Shown here in pieces: positions 1 to 12,000 of a DNA stretch of 64,000 nucleotides. The stretch is from positions 211,296,001-211,360,000 of the forward strand of contig OZ024740.1 of assembly GCA_964016885.1 (NCBI GenBank), in the 5' to 3' direction. The notes under the pieces were generated by a model, which ran no database searches, had not been told where the DNA came from, and was given only the letters and a program-made list of their open reading frames with translations. A program made the translations under genes and the position numbers. Numbering within the stretch: position 1 is the stretch's first letter; the number at the start of each line of letters is the position of its first letter. Source of the DNA: Eledone cirrhosa. Its lineage: Eukaryota.

Positions 1-3000
1 GATAGCAGAAGGTAGCCATGATAGAAGTTTACAATGAAAATCTCCTATAAATTGATAGTAGAAGGTAGCCATGATAGAAGTTTACAATGAAAGTCTCCCA
101 TAAGTTGATAGTAGAAGGTAGCCATGGTAGAAGTTTAAAATGAAAGTCTCCCTTAAAATGATAGTAGAAGGTAGCCATGGTAGAAGTTTACTATGAAAGT
201 CTCCCATAAGCTGATAGTAGAAGGTAGCGATGATAGAAGTTTACAATGAAAGTCTCCTATAAATTGATAGTAGAAGGTAGCCATGATAGAAGTTTACAAT
301 GAAAGTCTCCCATAAGTTGGTAGTAGAAGGTAGCCATGATTGAAGTTTACAATGAAAGTCTCCCATAAGTTGGTAGTAGAAGGTAGCCATGATTGAAGTT
401 TACAATGAAAGTCTCCCATAAGTTGGTAGTAGAAGGTAGCCATGATAGAAGTTTACAATGAATGCCTCCCATAAAATAATAGTAGAAGGTAGCCATGATA
501 GAAGTTTACAATCAAAGTCTCCCATAAGTTAATAGTAGAAGCTAGCCATGGTAGAAGTTTACAATGAAAGTCTCCTATAAATTGATAGTAGAAGGTAGCC
601 ATGATAGAAGTTTACAATGAAAGTCTCCCATAAGTTGATAGTAGAAGGTAGCGATGAGAGAAGTTTACAATGAATGTCTCCCATAAAATGATAGTAGAAG
701 GTAGTCATGACAGAATTTTATACTTGAAGTCTCCCATAAAATGATAGTAGAAGGTAGCCATGATAGAAATTTACAATGAAAGTCTCCCATAAAATGATAG
801 TAGAAGGTAGCCATGATAGAAGTTTACAATGAATGTCTACCATAAAATGATAGTAGAAGGTAGTCATGATAGAAGTTTATACTTAAAGTCTCCCATAAAA
901 TGATAGTAGAAGGTAGCCATGATAGAAGTTTACAATGAAAGTCTCCCATAAGTTGATAGTAGAACGTAGCCATGATAGAAGTTTACAATAAAAGTCTCCC
1001 ATAAGTTGATAGTAGAAGGTAGCAATGATAGAAGTTTAAAATGAAAGTCTCCCATAAGTTGATAGTAGAAGGTAGCCATGATAGAAGTTTACAATGAAAC
1101 ACTCCCATAAAATGATAGTAGAAGGTAGCCATGATAGAAGTTTACAATGAAAGTCTCCCATAAGTTGATAGTAGAAGGTAGCCATGATAGAAGTTTACAA
1201 TGAAACACTCCCATAAAATGATAGTAGAAGGTAGCCATGATAGAAGTTTACAATGAAAGTCTCCCATAAATTGATAGTAGAAGGTAGCCATGATAGAAGT
1301 TTACAATGAAAGTCTCCCATAAGTTGATAGTAGAAGGTAGCCATGATAGAAATTTACAATGAAAGTCTCCCATAAAATGATAGTAGAAGGTAGCCATGAT
1401 AGAAGTTTACAATGAAAGTCTCCCATAAAATGATAGTAGAAGGTAGCCATGATAGAAGTTTACAATGAAAGTCTCCCATAAGTTGATAGTAGAAGGTAGC
1501 CATGATAGAAGTTTACAATGAAAGTCTCCCATAAAATGATAGTAGAAGGTAGCCATGATAGAAGTTTACAATGAAAGTCTCCCATAAAATGATAGTAGAA
1601 GGTAGCCATGATAGAAGTTTACAATGAAAGTCTCCCATAAAATGATAGTAGAAGGTAGCCATGATAGAAGTTTACAATGAAAGTCTACCATAAAATGATA
1701 GTAGAAGGTAGCCATGATAGAAGTTTACAATGAAAGTCCCCCATAAGTTGATAGTAGAAGGTAGCCATGATAGAAGTTTACAATGAAAGTCTCCCATAAA
1801 ATGATAGTAGAAGGTAGCATATGATAGAAGTTTACAATGAAAGTCTCCCATAAAATGATAGTAGAAGGTAAACAAGATAGAAGTTTACAATGAAAGTCTC
1901 CCATAAGTTGATAGTAGAAGGTAGCCATGATAGAAGTTTACGATGAAAGTCTCCCATAAGTTGATAGTGGAAGGTAGCCATGATAGAAGTTTACGATGAA
2001 AGTCTCCCATAAGTTAATAGCAGAAGGTAGCCATGATACAAGTTTACAATGAATGTCTCCCATAAAATAATAGTAGAAGGTAGCCATGATAGAAGTTTAA
2101 AATGAAAGTCTCCCATAAGTTGATAGTAGAAGGTAGCCATGATAGAAGTTTACAATTAAAGACTCCAATAAAATGATAGTAGAAGGTAGCCATGATAGAA
2201 GTTTACAATGAATGTCTCCCATGAAATGATAGTAGAAGGGAGTGTTGATAGAAGTTTACAATGAAAGTCTCCCATAAAATGATAGTAGAAGGTAGCCATG
2301 ATAGAAGTTTACAATGGAAGTCCCCCATAAGATGATAGTAGAAGGTAGCCATGATAGAAGTTTACAATGAAAGTCTCCCATAAGCTGATAGTAGAATGTA
2401 GCCATGATAGAAGTTTACAACGAAAGTCTCCCATAAGTTGATAGTAGAAGGTAGCCATGATAGAACTTTACAATTAAAGACTCCCATAAGTTGATAGTAG
2501 AAGGTAGCCATGATAGAAGTTTACAATGAAAGTCTCCCGTAAGTTGTTAGTAGAAGGTAGCCATGATAGAAGTTTACAATTAAAGACTCCCATAAAATGA
2601 TAGTAGAAGGTAGCCATGATAGAAGTTTACAATGAATGTCTCCCATAAAATGATAGTAGAAGGGAGTTTTGATAGAAGTTTACAATGAAAGTCTCCCATA
2701 AAATGATAGTAGAAGGGAGCCATGATAGAAGTTTACAATGAAAGTCTCCCGTAAGTTGATAGTAGAAGGTAGCCATGATAGAAGTTTACAATGAAAGTCT
2801 CCCATAAGTTAATAGCAGAAGGTAGCCATGATAGAAGTTTACAATGAAAGACTCCCATAAGTTGATAGTAGAAGGTAGCCATGATAGAAGTTTACAATGA
2901 ATGTCTCTCATAAAATATTAGTAGAAGGTAGCCATGATAGAAGTTTACAATGAAAGTCTCCCATAAGTTGATAGTAGAAGGTAGCCATGATAGAAGTTTA

Positions 3001-6000
3001 CAATGAAAGTTTCCCATAAAATCATAGTAGAAGGTAGCCATGATAGAAGTTCACAATTAAAGTCTCCCATAAAATGATAGTAGAAGGTAGCCATGATAGA
3101 ATTTTACAATGAAAGTCTCTCATGAGTTGATAGTAGAAGGTAGACATGATAGAAGTTTACAATGAAAGTCCCCCATAAGTTGATAGTAGAAGGTAGCCAT
3201 GATAGAAGTTTACAATGAAAGTCCCCCAGAAGTTGATAGTAGAAGGTAGCCATGATAGAAGTTTACAATGAAAGTCTCCCATAAAATAATAGTAGAAGGT
3301 AGCCATGATAGAAGTTTACAATGAAAGTCTCCCATAAGTTGATAGTAGAAGGTAGCCATGGTAGAAGTTTAAAGTGAAAGTCTCCCTTAAAATGATAGTA
3401 GAAGGTAGCCATGGTAGAAGTTTACAATGAAAGTCTCCCATAAGCTGATAGTAGAAGGTAGCGATGATAGAAGTTTACAATGAAAGTCTCCTATAAATTG
3501 ATAGTAGAAGGTAGCCATGATAGAAGTTTACAATGAAAGTCTCCCATAAGTTGGTAGTAGAAGGTAGCCATGATTGAAGTTTACAATGAAAGTCTCCCAT
3601 AAGATGGTAGTAGAAGGTAGCCATGATTGAAGTTTACAATGAAAGTCTCCCATAAGTTGGTAGTAGAAGGTAGCCATGATAGAAGATTACAATGAATGCC
3701 TCCCATAAAATAATAGTAGAAGGTAGCCATGATAGAAGTTTACAATCAAAGTCTCCCATAAGTTAATAGTAGAAGCTAGCCATGGTAGAAGTTTACAATG
3801 AAAGTCTCCCATAAGTTGATAGTAGAAGGTTTCCATGATAGAAGTTTACAATGAAAGTCCCCCATAAGTTGATAGTAGAAGGTAGCCATGATAGAAGTTT
3901 ACAATTAAAGTCTCCCATAAAATGATAGTAGAAGGTAGCCATGATAGAAGTTTACAATGAAAGTCTCCCATAAAATGATAGTAGAAGGTAGCCATGATAG
4001 AAGTTTACAATGAAAGTCTCCCATAAAATGATAGTAGAAGGTAGCCATGATAGAAGTTTACAATGAAAGTCTACCATAAAATGATAGTAGAAGGTAGCCA
4101 TGATAGAAGTTTACAATGAAAGTCCCCCATAAGTTGATAGTAGAAGGTAGCCATGATAGAAGTTTACAATGAAAGTCTCCCATAAAATGATAGTAGAAGG
4201 TAGCATATGATAGAAGTTTACAATGAAAGTCTCCCATAAGTTGAAAGTAGAAGGTAGCCATGATACAAGTTTACAATGAATGTCTCCCATAAAATGATAG
4301 TAGAAGGTAGCCATGATAGAAGTTTACAATGAAAGTCTCCCATAAGTTGATAGTAGAAAGCAGCCATGATAGAAGTTTACAATGAATGTCTCCCATAAAA
4401 TGATAGTAGAAGGTAGCCATGATAGAAGTTTACAATGAAAGTCTCCCATTAAATGATAGTAGAAGGTAGCCATGATAGAAGTTTACAATGAAAGTCCCCC
4501 ATAAGTTGATAGTAGAAGGTAGCCATGATAGAAGTTTACAATGAAAGACTCCCATAAAATTATAGTTGAAGGTAGCCAAGATAGAAGTTTACAATGAAAG
4601 TCTCCCATAAAATGATAGTAGAAGGTAAACAAGATAGAAGTTTACAATGAAAGTCTCCCATAAGTTGATAGTAGAAGGTAGCCATGATAGAAGTTTACGA
4701 AGAAAGTCTCCCATAAATTGATAGTGGAAGGTAGCCATGATAGAAGTTTACGATGAAAGTCTCCCATAAGTTAATAGCAGAAGGTAGCCATGATACAAGT
4801 TTACAATGAATGTCTCCCATGAAATAATAGTAGAAGGTAGCCATGATAGAAGTTTAAAATGAAAGTCTCCCATAAGTTGATAGTAGAAGGTAGCCATGAT
4901 AGAAGTTTACAATGAAAGTCTCCCATAAGCTGATAGTAGAACGTAGCCATGATAGAAGTTTACAATGAAAATCTCCCGTCAGTTGATAGTAGAAGGTAGC
5001 CATGATAGAAGGTTACAATTAAAGACTCCAATAAAATGATAGTAGAAGGTAGCCATGATAGAAGTTTACAATGAATGTCTCCCATGAAATGATAGTAGAA
5101 GGGAGTGTTGATAGAAGTTTACAATGAAAGTCTCCCATAAAATGATAGTAGAAGGTAGCCATGATAGAAGTTTACAATGAAAGTCTCCCATAAGCTGATA
5201 GTAGAATGTAGCCATGATAGAAGTTTACAACGAAAGTCTCCCATAAGTTGATAGTAGAAGGTAGCCATGATAGAACTTTACAATTAAAGACTCCCATAAG
5301 TTGATAGTAGAAGGTAGCCATGATAGAAGTTTACAATGAAAGTCTCCCGTAAGTTGTTAGTAGAAGGTAGCCATGATAGAAGTTTACAATTAAAGACTCC
5401 CATAAAATCATAGTAGAAGGTAGCCATGATAGAAGTTTACAATGAATGTCTCCCATAAAATGATAGTAGAAGGGAGTGTTGATAGAAGTTTACAATGAAA
5501 GTCTCCCATAAAATGATAGTAGAAGGGAGCCATGATAGAAGTTTACAATGAAAGTCTCCCGTAAGTTGATAGTAGAAGGTAGCCATGATAGAAGTTTACA
5601 ATGAAAGTCTCCCATAAGTTAATAGTAGAAGGTAGCCATGATAGAAGTTTACAATGAAAGACTCCCATAAGTTGATAGTAGAAGGTAGCCATGATAGAAG
5701 TTTACAATGAATGTCTCTCATAAAATATTAGTAGAAGGTAGCCATGATAGAAGTTTACAATGAAAGTCTCCCATAAGTTGATAGTAGAAGGTAGCCATGA
5801 TAGAAGTTTACAATGAAAGTCTCCCATAAAATCATAGTAGAAGGTAGCCATGATAGAAGTTCACAATTAAAGTCTCCCATAAAATGATAGTAGAAGGTAG
5901 CCATGATAGAATTTTACAATGAAAGTCTCTCATGAGTTGATAGTAGAAGGTAGACATGATAGAAGTTTACAATGAAAGTCCCCCATAAGTTGATAGTAGA

Positions 6001-9000
6001 AGGTAGCCATGATAGAAGTTTACAATGAAAGTCCCCCAGAAGTTGATAGTAGAAGGTAGCCATGATAGAAGTTTACAATGAAAGTCTCCCATAAAATAAT
6101 AGTAGAAGGTAGCCATGATAGAAGTTTACAATGAAAGTCTCCCATAAGTTGATAGTAGAAGGTAGCCATGGTAGAAGTTTAAAATGAAAGTCTCCCTTAA
6201 AATGATAGTAGAAGGTAGCCATGGTAGAAGTTTACAATGAAAGTCTCCCATAAGCTGATAGTAGAAGGTAGCGATGATAGAAGTTTACAATGAAAGTCTC
6301 CTATAAATTGATAGTAGAAGGTAGCCATGATAGAAGTTTACAATGAAAGTCTCCCATAAGTTGGTAGTAGAAGGTAGCCATGATTGAAGTTTACAATGAA
6401 AGTCTCCCATAAGATGGTAGTAGAAGGTAGCCATGATTGAAGTTTACAATGAAAGTCTCCCATAAGTTGGTAGTAGAAGGTAGCCATGATAGAAGATTAC
6501 AATGAATGCCTCCCATAAAATAATAGTAGAAGGTAGCCATGATAGAAGTTTACAATCAAAGTCTCCCATAAGTTAATAGTAGAAGCTAGCCATGGTAGAA
6601 GTTTACAATGAAAGTCTCCCATAAGTTGATAGTAGAAGGTTTCCATGATAGAAGTTTACAATGAAAGTCCCCCATAAGTTGATAGTAGAAGGTAGCCATG
6701 ATAGAAGTTTACAATTAAAGTCTCCCATAAAATGATAGTAGAAGGTAGCCATGATAGAAGTTTACAATGAAAGTCTCCCATAAGTTGATAGTAGAAGGTA
6801 GCCATGAGAGAAGTTTACAATGAATGTCTCCCATAAAATGATAGTAGAAGGTAGTCATGATAGAATTTTATACTTAAAGTCTCCCATAAAATGATAGTAG
6901 AAGGTAGCCATGATAGAAATTTACAATGAAAGTCTCCCATAAAATGATAGTAGAAGGTAGCCATGATAGAAGTTTACAATGAATGTCTACCATAAAATGA
7001 TAGTAGAAGGTAGCCATGATAGAAGTTTACAATGAAAGTCTCCCATAAAATAATAGTAGAAGGTAGCCATGATAGAAGTTTACGATAAAAGTCTCCCATA
7101 AAATGATAGTAGAAGGTAGCCATGATAGAAGTTTACAATAAAAGTCTCCCATAAGTTGATAGTAGAAGGTAGCCATGATAGAAGTTTAAAATGAAAGTCT
7201 CCCATAAGTTGATAGTAGAAGGTAGCCATGATAGAAGTTTACAATGAAACACTCCCATAAAATGATAGTAGAAGGTAGCCATGATAGAAGTTTACAATGA
7301 AAGTCTCCCATAAGTTGATAGTAGAAGGTAGCCATGGTAGAAGTTTAAAATGAAAGACTCCCTTAAAATGATAGTAGAAGGTAGCCATGGTAGAAGTTTA
7401 CAATGAAAGTCTCCCATAAGCTGATAGTAGAAGGTAGCGATGATAGAAGTTTACAATGAAAGTCTCCTATAAATTGATAGTAGAAGGTAGCCATGATAGA
7501 AGTTTACAATGAAAGTCTCCCATAAGTTGGTAGTAGAAGGTAGCCATGATAGAAGTTTACAATGAAAGTCCCCCAGAAGTTGATAGTAGAAGGTAGCCAT
7601 GATAGAAGTTTACAATGAAAGTCTCTCATGAGTTGATAGTAGAAGGTAGACATGATAGAAGTTTACAATGAAAGTCCCCCATAAGTTGATAGTAGAAGGT
7701 AGCCATGATAGAAGTTTACAATGAAAGTCCCCCAGAAGTTGATAGTAGAAGGTAGCCATGATAGAAGTTTACAATGAAAGTCTCCCATAAAATAATAGTA
7801 GAAGGTAGCCATGATAGAAGTTTACAATGAAAGTCTCCCATAAGTTGATAGTAGAAGGTAGCCATGGTAGAAGTTTAAAATGAAAGTCTCCCTTAAAATG
7901 ATAGTAGAAGGTAGCCATGGTAGAAGTTTACAATGAAAGTCTCCCATAAGCTGATAGTAGAAGGTAGCGATGATAGAAGTTTACAATGAAAGTCTCCTAT
8001 AAATTGATAGTAGAAGGTAGCCATGATAGAAGTTTACAATGAAAGTCTCCCATAAGTTGGTAGTAGAAGGTAGCCATGATTGAAGTTTACAATGAAAGTC
8101 TCCCATAAGATGGTAGTAGAAGGTAGCCATGATTGAAGTTTACAATGAAAGTCTCCCATAAGTTGGTAGTAGAAGGTAGCCATGATAGAAGATTACAATG
8201 AATGCCTCCCATAAAATAATAGTAGAAGGTAGCCATGATAGAAGTTTACAATCAAAGTCTCCCATAAGTTAATAGTAGAAGCTAGCCATGGTAGAAGTTT
8301 ACAATGAAAGTCTCCCATAAGTTGATAGTAGAAGGTTTCCATGATAGAAGTTTACAATGAAAGTCCCCCATAAGTTGATAGTAGAAGGTAGCCATGATAG
8401 AAGTTTACAATTAAAGTCTCCCATAAAATGATAGTAGAAGGAAGCCATGATAGAAGTTTACAATGAAAGTCTCCCATAAGTTGATAGTAGAAGGTAGCCA
8501 TGAGAGAAGTTTACAATGAATGTCTCCCATAAAATGATAGTAGAAGGTAGTCATGATAGAATTTTATACTTAAAGTCTCCCATAAAATGATAGTAGAAGG
8601 TAGCCATGATAGAAATTTACAATGAAAGTCTCCCATAAAATGATAGTAGAAGGTAGCCATGATAGAAGTTTACAATGAATGTCTACCATAAAATGATAGT
8701 AGAAGGTAGCCATGATAGAAGTTTACAATGAAAGTCTCCCATAAAATAATAGTAGAAGGTAGCCATGATAGAAGTTTACGATAAAAGTCTCCCATAAAAT
8801 GATAGTAGAAGGTAGCCATGATAGAAGTTTACAATAAAAGTCTCCCATAAGTTGATAGTAGAAGGTAGCCATGATAGAAGTTTAAAATGAAAGTCTCCCA
8901 TAAGTTGATAGTAGAAGGTAGCCATGATAGAAGTTTACAATGAAACACTCCCATAAAATGATAGTAGAAGGTAGCCATGATAGAAGTTTACAATGAAAGT

Positions 9001-12000
9001 CTCCCATAAGTTGATAGTAGAAGGTAGCCATGGTAGAAGTTTAAAATGAAAGACTCCCTTAAAATGATAGTAGAAGGTAGCTATGGTAGAAGTTTACAAT
9101 GAAAGTCTCCCATAAGCTGATAGTAGAAGGTAGCGATGATAGAAGTTTACAATGAAAGTCTCCTATAAATTGATAGTAGAAGGTAGCCATGATAGAAGTT
9201 TACAATGAAAGTCTCCCATAAGTTGGTAGTAGAAGGTAGCCATGATTGAAGTTTACAATGAAAGTCTCCCATAAGTTGGTAGTAGAAGGTAGCCATGATT
9301 CAAGTTTACAATGAAAGTCTCCCATAAGTTGGTAGTAGAAGGTAGCCATGATAGAAGTTTACAATGAATGCCTCCCATAAAATAATAGTAGAAGGTAGCC
9401 ATGATAGAAGTTTACAATGAAAGTCTCCCATAAGTTGATAGTAGAAGGTAGCCATGAGAGAAGTTTACAATGAATGTCTCCCATAAAATGATAGTAGAAG
9501 GTAGTCATGATAGAATTTTATACTTAAAGTCTCCCATAAAATGATAGTAGAAGGTAGCCATGATAGAAATTTACAATGAAAGTCTCCCATAAAATGATAG
9601 TAGAAGGTAGCCATGATAGAAGTTTACAATGAATGTCTACCATAAAATGATAGTAGAAGGTAGTCATGATAGAAGTTTATACTTAAAGTCTCCCATAAAA
9701 TGATAGTAGAAGGTAGCCATGATAGAAGTTTACAATGAAAGTCTCCCATAAGTTGATAGTAGAAGGTAGCCATGATAGAAGTTTACAATAAAAGTCTCCC
9801 ATAAGTTGATAGTAGAAGGTAGCCATGATAGAAGTTTACAATGAAAGTCTCCCATAAAATAATAGTAGAAGGTAGCCATGATAGAAGTTTACGATAAAAG
9901 TCTCCCATAAAATGATAGTAGAAGGTAGCCATGATAGAAGTTTACAATAAAAGTCTCCCATAAGTTGATAGTAGAAGGTAGCCATGATAGAAGTTTAAAA
10001 TAAAAGTCTCCCATAAGTTGATAGTAGAAGGTAGCCATGATAGAAGTTTACAATGAAACACTCCCATAAAATGATAGTAGAAGGTAGCCATGATAGAAGT
10101 TTACAATGAAACTCTCCCATAAGTTAATAGTAGAAGGTAGCCATGATAGAAGTTTACAATGAAAGACTCCCATAAGTTGATAGTAGAAGGTAGCCATGAT
10201 AGAAGTTTACAATGAATGTCTCTCATAAAATATTAGTAGAAGGTAGCCATGATAGAAGTTTACAATGAAAGTCTCCCATAAGTTGATAGTAGAAGGTAGC
10301 CATGATAGAAGTTTACAATGAAAGTCTCCCATAAAATCATAGTAGAAGGTAGCCATGATAGAAGTTCACAATTAAAGTCTCCCATAAAATGATAGTAGAA
10401 GGTAGCCATGATAGAATTTTACAATGAAAGTCTCTCATGAGTTGATAGTAGAAGGTAGACATGATAGAAGTTTACAATGAAAGTCCCCCATAAGTTGATA
10501 GTAGAAGGTAGCCATGATAGAAGTTTACAATGAAAGTCCCCCAGAAGTTGATAGTAGAAGGTAGCCATGATAGAAGTTTACAATGAAAGTCTCCCATAAG
10601 TTGATAGTAGAAGGTAGCCATAGTAGAAGTTTAAAATGAAAGTCTCCCTTAAAATGATAGTAGAAGGTAGCCATGGTAGAAGTTTACAATGAAAGTCTCC
10701 CATAAGCTGATAGTAGAAGGTAGCGATGATAGAAGTTTACAATGAAAGTCTCCTATAAATTGATAGTAGAAGGTAGCCATGATAGAAGTTTACAATGAAA
10801 GTCTCCCATAAGTTGGTAGTAGAAGGTAGCCATGATTGAAGTTTACAATGAAAGTCTCCCATAAGATGGTAGTAGAAGGTAGCCATGATTGAAGTTTACA
10901 ATGAAAGTCTCCCATAAGTTGGTAGTAGAAGGTAGCCATGATAGAAGATTACAATGAATGCCTCCCATAAAATAATAGTAGAAGGTAGCCATGATAGAAG
11001 TTTACAATCAAAGTCTCCCATAAGTTAATAGTAGAAGCTAGCCATGGTAGAAGTTTACAATGAAAGTCTCCCATAAGTTGATAGTAGAAGGTTTCCATGA
11101 TAGAAGTTTACAATGAAAGTCCCCCATAAGTTGATAGTAGAAGGTAGCCATGATAGAAGTTTACAATGAAAGTCTCCCATAAGTTGATAGTAGAAGGTAG
11201 CCATGAGAGAAGTTTACAATGAATGTCTCCCATAAAATGATAGTAGAAGGTAGTCATGATAGAATTTTATACTTAAAGTCTCCCATAAAATGATAGTAGA
11301 AGGTAGCCATGATAGAAATTTACAATGAAAGTCTCCCATAAAATGATAGTAGAAGGTAGCCATGATAGAAGTTTACAATGAATGTCTACCATAAAATGAT
11401 AGTAGAAGGTAGCCATGATAGAAGTTTACAATGAAAGTCTCCCATAAAATAATAGTAGAAGGTAGCCATGATAGAAGTTTACGATAAAAGTCTCCCATAA
11501 AATGATAGTAGAAGGTAGCCATGATAGAAGTTTACAATAAAAGTCTCCCATAAGTTGATAGTAGAAGGTAGCCATGATAGAAGTTTAAAATGAAAGTCTC
11601 CCATAAGTTGATAGTAGAAGGTAGCCATGATAGAAGTTTACAATGAAACACTCCCATAAAATGATAGTAGAAGGTAGCCATGATAGAAGTTTACAATGAA
11701 AGTCTCCCATAAGTTGATAGTAGAAGGTAGCCATGGTAGAAGTTTAAAATGAAAGACTCCCTTAAAATGATAGTAGAAGGTAGCCATGGTAGAAGTTTAC
11801 AATGAAAGTCTCCCATAAGCTGATAGTAGAAGGTAGCGATGATAGAAGTTTACAATGAAAGTCTCCTATAAATTGATAGTAGAAGGTAGCCATGATAGAA
11901 GTTTACAATGAAAGTCTCCCATAAGTTGGTAGTAGAAGGTAGCCATGATAGAAGTTTACAATGAAAGTCCCCCAGAAGTTGATAGTAGAAGGTAGCCATG

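Noticed and set aside
54-106. Regulatory motifs in the monomer (TGATAG GATA-like sites, GTTTAC forkhead-like site, GCCATG Kozak-like, AGAAGG Shine-Dalgarno-like)
   Set aside because: These short motifs are expected by chance, the host is unknown, and the ATG in GCCATG is followed by ATA GAA GTT TAC AAT and a nearby stop. No evidence of function.
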